64,000 bases of DNA from Octopus sinensis. Taxonomy: Eukaryota. A program made the position numbers and the translations under genes. The notes under the pieces are model-generated. The model made no database searches. It saw only the letters and a program-made list of their open reading frames with translations, and had not been told where the DNA came from. This document shows positions 26,155 through 39,767 of the stretch, in pieces. The stretch spans positions 1-64,000 of the forward strand of contig NW_021833584.1 in assembly GCF_006345805.1 (NCBI RefSeq), in the 5' to 3' direction. Positions within the stretch are counted from its first letter, which is position 1, and every line of letters begins with the position of its first letter.

Positions 26155-26820
26155 CAGGCGTTGCTGTGTAGTAAGAAGCTTGTTTCCAAACTACATGGTT
26201 CCGGGTTCATCCCCAATGTGTAGTATCTTGGGCAAGTGTCTTCTATTGTAGCCTCGGATCGAACATAGCCTTGTGAGTGGATTTGGTAGACAGAAACTGA
26301 AAGAAGTACGTCGTGTATACACACACATACACACACACACACACCAAATATATATATATATATATGTCTTTGTGTCTGTGCTTGTCGCCCCACCATCGCT
26401 TGACATCCGCTGTTGGTGTGTTTATGTCCACATAACGAAGTAGTTCGGCAAACGTGACCGACAGAATAAGTACTCGTCTCTCAAAAAATAAGTCCTGGAA
26501 TCTTTTTCTTCGACTAAAAATACCTATTTCTTTACTACCCACAAGGTGCTAAATACAGAGGTAACAAACAAGGACAGACAAACGGATGAAGTTGATTATA
26601 TCGACCCCACTGCGTAACTGGTACTTAATTTATCGACCCCGAAAGGATGAAAGGCAAAGTCGACCTCGGCGGAATTTGAACTCAGAACATAGCGGCAGAC
26701 GAAATACCGCTAAGCATTTCGCTCGGTGTGCTAACGTTTCTGCCAGCTCACCGCCTTTTCGACTAAAAATACCTTTAAGGCCATGCCCCAGCATCGCCGG
26801 ACACAATCTCTGATATGAAA
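26155..26820 (+). mobile_element. SINE family A with nested family B insertion
   Basis: Family A body 26155-26525, diverged tail resumes at 26761. Confidence 0.8.
26526..26757 (-). mobile_element. SINE family B, full length, 17-bp TSD
   Basis: TTCGACTAAAAATACCT at 26509-26525 and 26758-26774. Confidence 0.92.
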
Positions 26821-27139
26821 AGCGCAACATTGAACAATGTAGTCCAAGCTACATTGCGCCTAAATGCGTTCTAATACAGTTCTAGATATGCAAAAGAGAC
26901 GACGCAGTCGGAGGTGGGTGATCGATTTGGTTATAGGTTTAATTGATTAGAGTCGATTTCTGAAAAGCTAACAACAGCAACGACATTAAAAGCAACAACA
27001 AATGCAATCACACATAATATCGATATTGTAGAAAACATTTTAAAATCTAAATATTGAAAGATAAAGAAGAATTGTTGATACTTTTTTGCCAACATGTCAC
27101 GACTATGAAATCGATTAATCGATTAATCCAATGTCAAGA

Positions 27140-27145
27140 TTATTG

Positions 27146-27195
<50 letters not shown>

Positions 27196-27243
27196 GTATA
27201 ATCCTTCTTCTTATTCTCTTCTTCTCTTCTTTCTTATTATATT

Positions 27244-27275
<32 letters not shown>

Positions 27276-27309
27276 ATTATTATCATTATTATCATTATTA
27301 TTATGTTAT

Positions 27310-27348
<39 letters not shown>

Positions 27349-27421
27349 TATATTATTCTTATTATTGTTATGTTATTATTATTATTATTATCATCATATT
27401 ATCATTATTATTATTATTATC

Positions 27422-27453
<32 letters not shown>

Positions 27454-27506
27454 CATTATTATCATTATTATCATTATTATTATTGTTATCATTATATTAT
27501 TATTAT

Positions 27507-27538
<32 letters not shown>

Positions 27539-27577
27539 GTAGTAGTAGTAGTATAGTAGTAGTAGTAGTAGTAGTAG
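27140..27577. repeat. (ATT)n/(ACT)n/(AGT)n compound microsatellite
   Basis: Direct reading. Confidence 0.96.
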
Positions 27578-27745
27578 CACGTCGAGCGAAATGCTTAGCG
27601 GTATTTCTCCCGTCGTCACTTTCTGAGTTCAAATTCCGCCGAGGTTGACTTTGACTTTCATCCTTTCGGGGTCGATTAAATAAATACCAGCTACGCACTG
27701 GGGTTGATGTAATGGACTTAATCCCCTCCCTTAAGCTGCCCTTTG
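27577..27745 (+). mobile_element. SINE family B, partial
   Basis: Homology to 30660 copy. Confidence 0.82.
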
Positions 27746-28095
27746 GCAAATATTTGAAATGATAACAATGACAACATCCGACGTGCCACCAGTTCAACCC
27801 GCCCATTACCACCGGATGGCTACTTTTTATTATCCACCCGAAACGATGAAACACACTGCTTACCTCGGACGAATTTGAACTCAGTATTCAGACAGTTGAA
27901 ACAAATGGAGATATTTCATCAAATTAACGATTCTATCAATACTCTGCTTCTTTGAGTTGCTCGTAAATATTCTAAGACACACAACAACGATGTCATGTGA
28001 CTACATAATTCAGCTGTGTTATTGGTCCGCATTTTATGTGTATGAATACGTACGAGATTTCTCTCCGTGCAATACATTCTTCTGAACTACCTTTT

Positions 28096-28420
28096 TGTGG
28101 AGGCGCAATGGCCAAGTGGTTAGGGCAGCGGACTCGCGATCGGAGGATCGCGGTTTCGATTCTCAGACCGGGCGTTTATTTATGTGTATTTATTGAGTGA
28201 AAACACCTAAAAGCTCCACGAGGCTCCGGCAGGGGGGGGGCGACCCCTGTTGTACTCTTTCGCCACAACCTTCGCTCATTCTCTCTTCCTGTTTCTTGAG
28301 TAACGCTGTGATGGACTGGCGTCCCGTCCTGCTGGGGTGGGGGGAACACATATGGCACAGAAACCGGGAAACCGGTCCCATGAGCCTGGCTACGCTCGAA
28401 TAGGGCGAAAATAAAGAAAA
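28096..28420 (+). mobile_element. SINE family C head with alternative tail type B
   Basis: Head matches 9957; after about 190 nt diverges to GATGGACTGGCGTCCCGTCC...GAAACCGGGAAACCGG.CCCATGAGCC. Confidence 0.85.
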
Positions 28421-29154
28421 AAAGAACTACCAGTTGCGTATATTTATTCAAGCAATCTCTATGTTCTCTGCGGTTCTCCTACCTCACACGTTTTTCTGAG
28501 ACTCCACCAATATTACAGGTTTGTTTATCTATTTGTCTGCATCGATTTTTAATCATTTCTACGACTCTTATAATTACATGGATTGTTTCTCCTTTCAAAC
28601 TCTCCAACTTTCTTATCTTTATTTTTTTTTCTTAGATTCCTACATACAATTATATCTTATTTTCTACACCTTTGTTTCAAATATACGTTATCGTCTTCCG
28701 TCTGTAGAGACTTTTATTTCAATGATAAAGATACAGAACGCTTTGTTAATAATATTATCATTGCTGATTTCTAGTGTGACTTAAAATCTGAAATCGCGTA
28801 GAGAAGTAATTATATACAACTAAAGAAAAAAAACAAAAGATACTTTAGAAAAAGTTTGTTCCCAGCGGAGCTTCTACCCCCTGCCACGAACGAATTAGAT
28901 ATTTGCGATTTTTGCATCGAACTTCGAAGTTCATCTAACTTTTATCTTGAACGATTCGACACACATTTATTGTATCAGTTTCTCAACTATCACTAAATAT
29001 TCTTATGTAGATGTGTCTGTCTATGTATGCATATAAGTTTATATGAGTGTATATATATATATGTGTGTGCGTGTGTGTGTGTGTGTGAGTGTGTGTTTGT
29101 ATTATGTATATAATTAGGATAAATATATGTATCTCTCTCTCTCTCTCTCTCTCT

Positions 29155-29186
<32 letters not shown>

Positions 29187-29206
29187 GTATATATATATAT
29201 ATATAA

Positions 29207-29404
29207 TCATGGGCCCAGTTTCCCGGTTTCTATGGCGTAGTTGTTCCCCAGTGGTAACGCATTTTTGCCAACTGAGTGGACTGGAGCAACGTGAAATGAA
29301 GTGTTTTGCTCAAGAGCACAATGCATCGCCCGGTCCAGGAATCGAAACCACAATCATACGATCATGATGCCGACATTCTAACCACTAAGCCACACACCTC
29401 CACA
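29207..29404 (-). mobile_element. SINE family D (TGTGGAGG head, CORE-like TCTTGAGCAAAACACTTCATTTCAC segment, partial tail B)
   Basis: tRNA-like head at 29340-29404; GGGCCCAGTTTCCCGGTTTCTATGGCG is the reverse complement of tail B. Confidence 0.75.
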
Positions 29405-29434
29405 CACACATATATATATACATATACATATATT

Positions 29435-29476
<42 letters not shown>

Positions 29477-29565
29477 CCTAGAAAAAATGTAATGACGGTT
29501 AAAACTGTACGAGACAAAGAAAATAAATATTTTATACATGCATCAATATAAATATACAAGTTCTA

Positions 29566-29805
29566 TGTGGAGGCACCATGGCCCAGTGGTTAGGGCAGCA
29601 GACTCGCGGTCTTAGGATTGCGGTTCCGATTCCCAGACCGTTCGTTGTGAGTTTATTGAGCAAAAACACCCAAAAACTCTGCACGAGGCACCGGCAGCGG
29701 ATGGTTGCGAACCCTGCTGTATTCTTTCAACACAACTTTCTCTCACTCGTTCTTCCTGTTTCTGCTGTACCTGTATTTCAAAGGGACCAGCCTTGTCACG
29801 CTTGC
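29566..29805 (+). mobile_element. SINE family C, tail type A, 3'-truncated
   Basis: Homology to 9957-10200. Confidence 0.85.
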
Positions 29806-29834
29806 CAGCTCGCCGCCTTAACTTAAATATATAT

Positions 29835-30136
29835 TTGTTCCTTCTCAAGCCACTCCTGGCTCATAAGGGCCGGTTTTCTGGTTTCCTTGGCGTATAGGTT
29901 CCCCACCAGGACGGGACACCGGTCTGTCGCAGGTGAGCTGCAAGATGCAGGAAGAAAGAGTGAGAGAAAGTTGTGGCCGAAGAGCCAGCAGTAGTTCGCC
30001 ATTACCTTCTGCTGGAGCCGCGTGGAGCTTAGGTGTCTTCGCTCATAAACATACACATCGCCCGGTCTAAGATTCGAACCCGCGATCCCTCGACCACGAG
30101 ACCGCTGCTCTAACCACTAGGTCATGTGCCTCCACA
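29835..30136 (-). mobile_element. SINE family C head with tail type B, convergent with 29566 copy
   Basis: Reverse-complement homology to 28096-28420. Confidence 0.82.
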
Positions 30137-30659
30137 ACTAAAACATAATGTAAGCTATTTCTTTTACTACGCAAAGGATTCTGCCAAAAGACCACCCATG
30201 CAAATTGCTCCTAATATTGGCAAAGGAACAGAAACTTCGTGCGAAAGGAATGCATAATTATATCGATGTCAGATCTGTATCGGATCCTTATTTTAGCGAA
30301 CACGGAATGATGAAAAGCTAAAGAAAATTCGACAGAAGAATTTTAAATCGGAATCTAATGATCTGAATCAATACAGGGTGGAATGGCAAATGCTCTGTTG
30401 TAACAAATTCTTGGCTGTTGATTGCTATTATTTAATGCATAAGGAATTTGGCAGCAATTTTTGGATATAAGAATTAGTATACATTGCGTGAGGACGGCGA
30501 ATTAACAGAAACAGTGAAGCGTTGAACGAAATGCTTAGCTGAGCTTCTTTCGGTTCCTTACGTAATGAGCCTCATATCCTGTCAAGGTCAACTTAGCATT
30601 TTATCCTTTTGAGGTCTATAAATAAGTAACAGGTGAACATTGGGTTCATTATTATATAA

Positions 30660-31262
30660 GGCGGCGAGCTGGCAGAATCGTTAGCTCGCCGGGCGAAGTG
30701 CTTAGCCGTATTTCGTCTGCCGTTACGTTCTGAGTTCAAATTCCGCCGAGGTCGACTTTGCCTTTCATCCTTTCGGGGTCGATAAATTAAGTACCAATTA
30801 CGCACTGCGGTCGATGTAATCGACTTAATCCGTTTGTCTGTCCTTGTTTGTGCCCTCTGTGTTTAGCCCCTTGTGGTTAGTAAAGAAATAGGTATTTCGT
30901 CTGTCTTCATGTTCTGTGTGCAAATTCCGCCAAGGTCGACTTTGCCTTTCATCCTTTCGGGGTCGATAAATTAAGTACGAGTTACGCACTGGGGTCGATA
31001 TAATCGACTTAATCCGTTTGCCTGCCCTTGTTTGTCCTCTCTGTGTTTAGTCCCTTGTGGGTAGTAAAGAAATAGGTATTTTGTCTGCCGTTACGTTCTG
31101 AGTTCAAATTCCGCCGAGGTCGACTTTGCATTTCATCCTTTCGGGGTCGATTAAATAAGTACCAGTTACGCACTGGGGTCGATCTAATCGACTTAATCCG
31201 TTTGTCTGTCCTTGTTGTGCCCCCTCTGTAGTTTATCCCCTTGTGGGTTGTAAAGAAATAGA
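30660..31262 (+). mobile_element. SINE family B with three tandem 184-bp units behind one head
   Basis: Units start at 30709, 30893, 31077. Confidence 0.92.
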
Positions 31263-31354
31263 TATATTAACTCCCTCCAGCCAAAATTGCTCATCATTCG
31301 CCACAAATTGAAACCATTATAGATTTTGAGTAAAAAGACAATGGGATTGTAATA

Positions 31355-31590
31355 CAGGGTGTTCAAAACGTCTCTCCGCAGTGAATTTTCTTTCATTCTG
31401 CGCATCACCATGGCGCTACTTCATGGGTTTAACGGTGAACGAATTATTTCGAAGGGTCTTTGGCCACCAAGAATACCTGGTTTAATACCACCAGACTTTC
31501 TTTTCTGGGTGTGCAAGTAAAGGATCAGAGCGCAAGAATCGCCTGAAAACCATCAAATACTTACTGCGGAGAGAGGTTTTGAACAACCTA
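31355..31590 (+). mobile_element. Internally deleted Tc1/mariner element
   Basis: 28-bp TIRs (CAGGGTGTTCAAAACGTCTCTCCGCAGT, 25/28 match), TA on both sides, internal IISKGLWPPR remnant of the WPPRSPDL transposase motif. Confidence 0.85.
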
Positions 31591-32602
31591 TACAATACAT
31601 CTTTATGGAAAAAGTTGAGCCAAAACAATAATGAAAAGAGAGAGTAGTGGAATACGTTCCCTGCAGAGGTCAAGGGTGTTCAATGCGTCCCTAAGCAGGC
31701 AGGGGGTTTAACATTGCTGTGGGTATTTCTTCGGGACACGGGGCAGGTTGGACATGATATCGGTTGTAAGTGACGTGACATGGGTATAAACGATCGGCGC
31801 CATATCAGAAATATTTCGCTGTATCTTCTTTTGAAGGTAGTTACAGATTAAGTTGTAAATCCACAAACCCCTGCAAAAGGACGAAACTCTGATCTCAAAT
31901 CAGCAAAGTGATAGCGGCAAAATGGCTGTGCCAAAACGTCTTCTAAAATTTTGATTCTCCTCTCTCCTATTTCATCCTAATTGTCATTCTCTCAAAGATT
32001 TGCAAGCGAGTTGTGTACCCAGAGAAACTATTCATTTTGGGGAGTACAAATGGTTAGAGAGTAGATGTTATTGTTACTTCCATTCTAAGTACTCCATGCT
32101 CCGTTGTTTTACGTTCCCCATCAGTTGCAGGAAATTTACTCAAACATAGACAATGTAAAATTTTCCTGTTTTTCCCTTTATTACCCCTGCTATTTTAACC
32201 CCAAAATAAAGATCCTCTTTCAAGCATTGGGTACTCTTCTACAAAATTTTATTGCAGTAGTTTCACTTTAAACTTTCTGTCACTTATGCCGATAATACAT
32301 GTTTTGCCAATGGAGGCTGTCACCATTCTACTTCGATTGTGTTTTACCGTACACAATTTTGTTTGTGTGCGAACGTATGTAAGTGTGTGTGTGTGTGTGT
32401 GTGTGTGTTCAGAGATAAAGCTTTGAACAATTTAAGAGGAAGAAGATCGTGTGATGTAAAGAGAAACAAAGAAAGGCAAGGAGGTGTAATGAAACGGGAG
32501 AGAGAGAGGAGGGAAGAGGGAGTCAGTCCTTTGGTTAATATTTGATTGATGAATTTCCATAATTGATTGTGGTATTTCATCCCCTCACTCTCTCACACTC
32601 TA

Positions 32603-32631
32603 AAACATTTCTACTACTACTACTACTACTA

Positions 32632-32672
<41 letters not shown>

Positions 32673-33092
32673 ATAATAATAATAATAATAATACAACCAC
32701 CAACACCACTATCACTACTACTATTACTACTATTATTATTACTACTACAACCACCAACACAACCACCACTACTAATACTACTACTACCACCACCACCACC
32801 ACCACTAGTACTACTATCACCACCACAACTACTACTACTGCCGCCACTACCACCATCACGACTACTAATATTACTACTACTACCGCCACTACCACCATCA
32901 CTACTACTACTACTATAGCTACTACTAATATAGCTACTACTACTAATACTAATACTAGTAGTGCTGCTGATGCAAATTTTACTACAACTACTATTACAGC
33001 TACTACTACTACTACTATTACTACTAGCAGCAATCCTGCTGTTGCTGCTGCTACTACTGCTGCTGCTGTCCCTATTGCTACTGCTGCTGCAT
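32603..33092. repeat. (ACT)n/(ACC)n/(GCT)n compound microsatellite
   Basis: Direct reading; explains the poly-T ORF. Confidence 0.96.
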
Positions 33093-33421
33093 ACACTTAG
33101 GACGAGACTAGGCCAATCAATAGAGGACTCTAGCCGTTTATCGATAATCATCTATTCATTAAATCGATTAGGTTATTCACATCCAGCAATCTGTGAAGCG
33201 TGATAGGTTTAATGAATTTTTCACTGCTCACAGCAACCAATTCTTAAATCAAAGACTTTCGCCCTGTGGCCAATCAATGGCTTAATAGCAAACAAATATT
33301 GTTCTCTCTTGTTACGGCGTTGCTTGCTGCTGGTAGTGCGCCGCATCGTTTGTATTCGATAACAGTCAAACTTCAAGATTGAGTTGACTGCGTAGAATGT
33401 CATCGAGTTGCGTATAGATAA

Positions 33422-34008
33422 GTTTCTTTATTGGCCACACAGGGCTGCACACAGATGGGACAAGTTACAAGGTAGAGCTTTTCTTTTGGGGGATGAAGAG
33501 AACAAAAAACAAAAGAAAAAAAAAGGGGGTGGCGTAGGTTTTCGATCAAGAGGGATCGTAAAAGGGAAGAAAAGAACAAAAAGAAATTTGAATGAAATAA
33601 AAGGAATAAAAAGAAAAAAAAAGAAAAGGAAAAGGAACAAAAGGAAAGAGAAATGAAAAAAGAAGAAAAAAGGGGGAAAAAGGGGGAAGAGGAAAAAAAA
33701 ACGATCAATAGGGATCGTGTATCACAGTGTTATGATATATGGTGTAAAGGGGAAAGCAAGTAAGGTTTATCCGTGGGAAGAAAAGCCTACGAAAAAGACC
33801 ACGGTAACCTTGGTCAATATTGTTATATGTTACCACATTTGTTTGCAAGTGGGTAACCCTCTGTTTTCAATTTCTGGGTTCATAGGATTATGCTCAAGGT
33901 GGCTTCGTCATTCATACGTGCCATCCTTGCTACATTCACCCATCTTTTTTTAAAACATTCGCTAGACAAAACTTGCCTCTCTACTCTCACTTTTCAAGTG
34001 GTACTTGA
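33422..34008 (-). mobile_element. Tx1/L1-clade LINE, short 3' fragment (copy 1)
   Basis: Homologous to 34178-34660; ends AATAAAGAAAC on minus strand. Confidence 0.85.
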
Positions 34009-34176
<168 letters not shown>

Positions 34177-34177
34177 T

Positions 34178-35590
34178 GTTTCTTTATTAGCCACACAGGG
34201 CTGCACACATGCACACAAACGGGACAGATTACAAAGTAGAGCTTTTCTTTTGGGGGGAGAGAAAAAAAAGTGGGGTAGGTTTTCGATCAAAAGGGATCGT
34301 AAAAGGGAAAGAAGAAAGAAAGAAAAAAGGAAAAGAAAAAAAGATGAAAAAACGATCAATAGGGATCGTGTATCACAGTGTCATGATATAAAGTGTAAAG
34401 GGGAAGCAGATAAGGTTTATCCGTGGAAAGAAATGCCTACGGAAAAGACCACGGTAACCTCGTTCAATAATGTTATATGTTACCACATTTGCAAGTAGGT
34501 GACCATCTGTATTAAATTTTCCGGATTCATAGGATTATGCTCAAGGTGGCTTCGTCATTCATACGTGCCATCCTTGCTACATTCATCCATCTTTTTTTAA
34601 ACATTCGCTAGACAAAACTTGCCTCTCTATTCTCACTTTCCTTTTCAAGTGGTACTTGAAGAAGTTGATTAGAGATTGACCAGAGAGGAAAGTGTTTGTC
34701 CCCAATCATTTCAGACGCGTCCACCAGATACATTCTTTCGCCATAGCCACAAGGATGATGAAAATAGCGCTTCCTTCCCGTTTGAAGGAAGGAGGCGTGA
34801 CAATATTAACGATAGACTCGGCTGATAAACCGACTCATCCCACACGTGACAGCAGTCGTTCGACATAAGCCCACAGGTCGGACATTGTTGGGCACGGCAC
34901 GAGTGCGTGCAGAACGATTTCGTCGCTCTGACTGCATCTCGGGCAAGTCGGCCTCGTGTTTCTCGAGCCGTGTCTGTAGAGCTTATCCCAAACGGGTAGC
35001 GCTTCTCGATAGCACTGCCAGTCCAGGGATCTTTGGAAGTTGTCCATGGGCCCTGGCCCAAACGTCACTTTGAACAGGCGGGTCAGTTATTTCTCATCGA
35101 CGTCCAGGTTCGCCCCGAGCTTGTCGTCGTACCTCCCCTCCACTAATCCCCTATAGAATGCTTTGGTTGTGTTGGAGTCACTCAAGGTCAACCCGGGACG
35201 GCTTAGTTGCTTGAGAGCAACGCGACACTCGCGGTGCCATTTGCCCTTCCTCGGCCTCTTTTTGATCCACGACTGCAGTTCGGACATGGAGACGAGTTGC
35301 GGGAAAGCGTGCCTCACAAACGGCGACCACACCTGTTCACCGTCGTCTAAGTAGAGCCTGAGATGTTGCAGTCTCAGCGCGTGTCTGCGCATCATCAACC
35401 ACGGCATGTCCAGTCCTCCTTTTAACGGGTGTTGACAGAAAATGGATCGCCTGACCATCGGGACGCATCCTTTCCACAAGAAGCGAAAGAGAATGCATTC
35501 TAGTTTGGAGATGGTAGGGTCGGGACAAGGCACGACGGTCAGGCGGTAGTAGATGACGGACCCGATGTACGAGTTCGCCACCTCATGCTC
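34178..35590 (-). mobile_element. Tx1/L1-clade LINE, 5'-truncated ORF2 C-terminus + 3' UTR (copy 2)
   Basis: FRFLWKG..VRR....P.KGGLDMP motif, C-terminal CPRC-x8-H-x4-C knuckle (34945-34892), premature stop at 35087-35089, natural stop about 34527, AATAAA before the tail. Confidence 0.88.
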
Positions 35591-37109
35591 TCAACAATTT
35601 TGTTACCTTATCTTGTGGTCATTTCACCACTAACTCTGTGATTGATTAGTTATAATTGCTTCCCTAATGTGGTCATAATAAGTCTGAAACACATCGACAG
35701 TTGTCTCCCTTACATGACTGAAATAATTCGAGGTAATGTTTGTTTATTATTATTACATTTGTAAATTTATTGAGTGGTTGTCTTTTTAGTGTTTCTACAC
35801 TTATCTCTGTTGATACAATGCTAGCTATTAGATAAAATGACTGTACAGAGGTCGGCTGGAAGTGTGTGTGTGTGGTTGGGGGAGTGAATTGTCAGTCGTT
35901 ATTTCAGAGAATGTGACTAATGCGAATAACGAAATTCTAAGAACTCCAGTGACACAAACGAACTAAGAAATAGAAAGAGAAAAACCAATTTGATTTGGAG
36001 CGTACTTGAAATTGACAAACACAAGGTCAATCGGTAACGGACCATCCCTTCCTAAGCGTGTTTACTTTAATAAAATCATAACCTAGACCTTTGAATAGTC
36101 GCGTGAATCTGTCAAAGTCTTCAATTCACGGTTCTACTCTGGTCTGAAACAATCCAATTAAAGTGGACGACCTCAAGAGTAATTGAAGAATGTCACGAAA
36201 TATTGACAAATGGTATGGCGTGACAAATTTCAACTTAAATGTGAATATATCTCGGTGCATCTAACATGCACAGTTGGATTCTATCAACAAATAATTGGTT
36301 TTTACCAGTTGGCTTTTAACTACAAATAAATTTCACCGCTAACTTGTCTTGCTTTCTATTGTCTCTGCTCAGTTACGCACACTTGTTTGTCATTTTCGCC
36401 ATTAGAAATACATTAAAATCGTGTTTCACTTACTGGAAAAATGCAAAATACGACGCTATTGTTCAAATACAGTCCTACGCTTAAAATTGTGGTAACCGAC
36501 TGTTTTAAGTTTTCCTAGTGCTCGAGGACGCATTACGCTGGTTGCCGGGTTTTGCTGTGCGTTTAAGGGACCGAAATCACAATATTCCCAATGAACGTTA
36601 CAGGTGTGTTATAGGGTCCAATGCATGCAATTATGAGAGGAAGGGAAGCTTGATTACATCAACCCTATACTTAAGTCATATTCCACTTCACCAACTCTGG
36701 AAACGAAGGAAGGAAGAGCAAAACTCCTTTTGGGAGCTTAAGGACAAAATATATATATATACATTAGAGCGGCGCATATTCGCAAAAACAATAGATGGTT
36801 CGATCTCTGTTTAACCAAACGCCTGGAAATTCCAACTTCTAAACCACATATTCTTCATACAAAATATGAGAATAGTATTTTTTGTCTCCATATGGAGACC
36901 TCTTTGTCTTTTCCAAGTATCGGTAAACCCGCTTGACCCTGTACAATTCCTACGCTAGCATTTAATCCGTGGTTCTGTTTCGAGTTCAAATTCTACCTAA
37001 GTTGATTTCCCTTTCAAACGTTTGATATCGATAAAATAAATTGTAGTCAAATACAGTGGTCGATGTAATGGGCAAATTTACTCCCATCCCACCTCGATTT
37101 TCAAATTTT

Positions 37110-37280
37110 GGAACAAGGCCAGCAATTATTGGTGAGGGGTGGTCGGTTGCATCCGCCCCAGTTCTTCACTGATATCTATTTTATCGACCGCGAAAGGATG
37201 AAAGGTCGAACTCAGTAGATATTGAACTCAGAGCGTCGGGAAAGGGACGAAATGCTGCTAAGCATTTAGCTAGGCATACT
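37110..37280 (-). mobile_element. SINE family B, degenerate
   Basis: TTTATCGACCGCGAAAGGATGAAAGG...TTGAACTCAGAGCG. Confidence 0.7.
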
Positions 37281-37646
37281 AAAAATTGGGCTAACCCACA
37301 GTCTCATCACGTGCCGATATTAGAAACCTTTATATATATATATATATATTTGCGTATGTGTGAAGTGTGTTTACCTGTTCAAGTAGTAAATTTACGTTTA
37401 TTATTTCAAATTCTTTCCCTTCATCAAGTGAAAGTGGTACTAAATTGAATTCCCTCTGAGCAGGGGAAAAATTTCAGTTATAGATTAAACACAAAGAAAT
37501 TACACCTTAAATTAGTGGCACATGTTCACCTGGACGGAAGCACATAAACACATTTCGGTATTGATTAAAGAAATCATAGCAATTTTAATGTCAGAGTAAC
37601 TGAAGAAATTACAATATGTGTCTATGGAACACTGCTTTTCAAAGAA

Positions 37647-37715
<69 letters not shown>

Positions 37716-37719
37716 TTCT

Positions 37720-38062
37720 TACTCTCTTTTTATTTGTTTCAGTCATTTGACTGCGGCCATGTTGGAGCACCGCCTTTAGTCGAGCAAATCGACCCCGGGA
37801 CTTATTCTTTGTAAGCCCAGTACTTATTCTATCGGTCTCTTTGGTCGTAAACACACCAGCATCGGTTGTCAAACACACACACATATATATATACATATAT
37901 ACGACAGGCTTCTTTCAGTTTCCGTCTACCAAATCCACTCACAAGGCATTGAGCGGCCCGGGGCTATAGCAGAAGACACTTGCCCAAGATGCCACGCAGT
38001 AGGACTGGATCCGGAACCATGTGGCTGGTTAGCAAGCTACTTACCACACAGCCACTCCTGCG

Positions 38063-38065
<3 letters not shown>
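37720..38065 (-). mobile_element. SINE family A, near full length
   Basis: Reverse complement from tail CAGTCATTTGACTGCGGCC to head CAGCCACTCCTGCGCC. Confidence 0.9.
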
Positions 38066-38105
<40 letters not shown>

Positions 38106-38227
38106 ATGGCTTTCTTGTATCTGGATATGTATATCAGAAAGTAGACCATAGAATCTCATTTGTAACTGGCACCACAATAATTTAGATGCGTTCCATAATA
38201 GAATAAGATATTGGAATATTAATGCAA

Positions 38228-38267
<40 letters not shown>

Positions 38268-39641
38268 TATGTGTGTATGCATGTAGGTATGTATGTATAT
38301 ATATATGTATATATATCTACGTTATATGGTATTGCATTCAATATATGTATGTATATACATACATATCTACGGATGGCGGTACTATATGCGTGTGGTTAGT
38401 GTGTAAGTGTATGTGTGCTTGTATATATATGAATTTGAATGTGTGTATAATATCTTAATATTATTATTCCTAAGTCCAACAGTCATTCACAGAATGTAAT
38501 TCCAAATAAGTGGCAAAGACTTAGATAAACCATTTATCTATCCAACCAATGTCACTTCTAACATTAATCAGAACGGAATAGATTACGTCGGCATGACAGC
38601 AAATTGATTTAAGTTTAGATACACCCTGCAGAAATATGCATTTAGAGTAGCGCAAAAATGAGTGGATACGAGCTTACCAAGAAATATATAAAACTTTTGA
38701 TGAATAACACCTTTCCGTTATACAATTTCCAGATAAAACCAAACATTATACGCAAGCTAATTATTTCTGTAGCTTATGTACTCTAGAGAATATCCTAATT
38801 TTAAAACAAACTAAAAAAAAAAACACTGATTAAAAGCGCATCTTTATTTATTTCTTGCTCGCATAACCGAAATGACCTTCTAAGATGATATAATTATATC
38901 CTTCCAAAGTTATACTCACAGGTCAAGAAATTCTGAAACTTATTAATATTACAGGACTTCATTTTTATTGCTAATAATTTCTTAAATATTTTGTGGTATC
39001 ACGAGAGGTCATAATGCTAATAGCAAACAACTCATATTCAGGTTCAAATTCACCCCGTTTATTATACATCAATTTGTTAACTTTTAACCTGTTAAGTAAT
39101 CGATTGTTTCATTAGTGATTCGATTAACTTCTCAATCGATTGTGTGTCTGTCAAAATCCCTTCATCGGTATTCGAAACCTCTTCAATCATTTGCTGTCTG
39201 TACCGTCACAAAAGGTTACTACACCATACTAAAACTTACGCGATTGTAATTTTATATATATGTATGTGTATATGTATACACATTTCACACAAACATAGAC
39301 GTATACACGCATGCACACACATACACGACAACCGACGCACACACGCACACATACATACATACACACACATATATATATATATAATAGTTTTTAGCGTCTG
39401 AAGAAGTATTTGTACCGAATAGCAATTATTATATCATACTTAATGCGGATGTCTTATAAGAAAGCCGTAAGACTGTGGTAGTCGTCTAGAGAGAGTAGAA
39501 ATGTTTAGTAGTTGAAAGCACAGGTATATTAGACACTAATAAAAACCGACCAACACCTATGGTGTAACTGCTGGATTTCGTGATTTCTGCGACTTTGCGC
39601 TCCATCAAGAGCACCTGTCCATTATTATCATGGTCAAAGAT

Positions 39642-39687
<46 letters not shown>

Positions 39688-39767
39688 TATATATATAAAA
39701 ATTATAAATGATAAGGGTAAAAAATAGAACATTAATTTGATTAATATTTAAAACGAGTGGTCTAACA

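Noticed and set aside
28919-28932. Perfect 14-bp palindromes here (GAACTTCGAAGTTC) and at 57299-57312
   Set aside because: About four are expected by chance in 64 kb; spacing does not fit a heat-shock element.
39387-39412. CTGAAGA-AGTATTTGTAC-CGAAT
   Set aside because: Lacks GAAA and stem I/III pairing.
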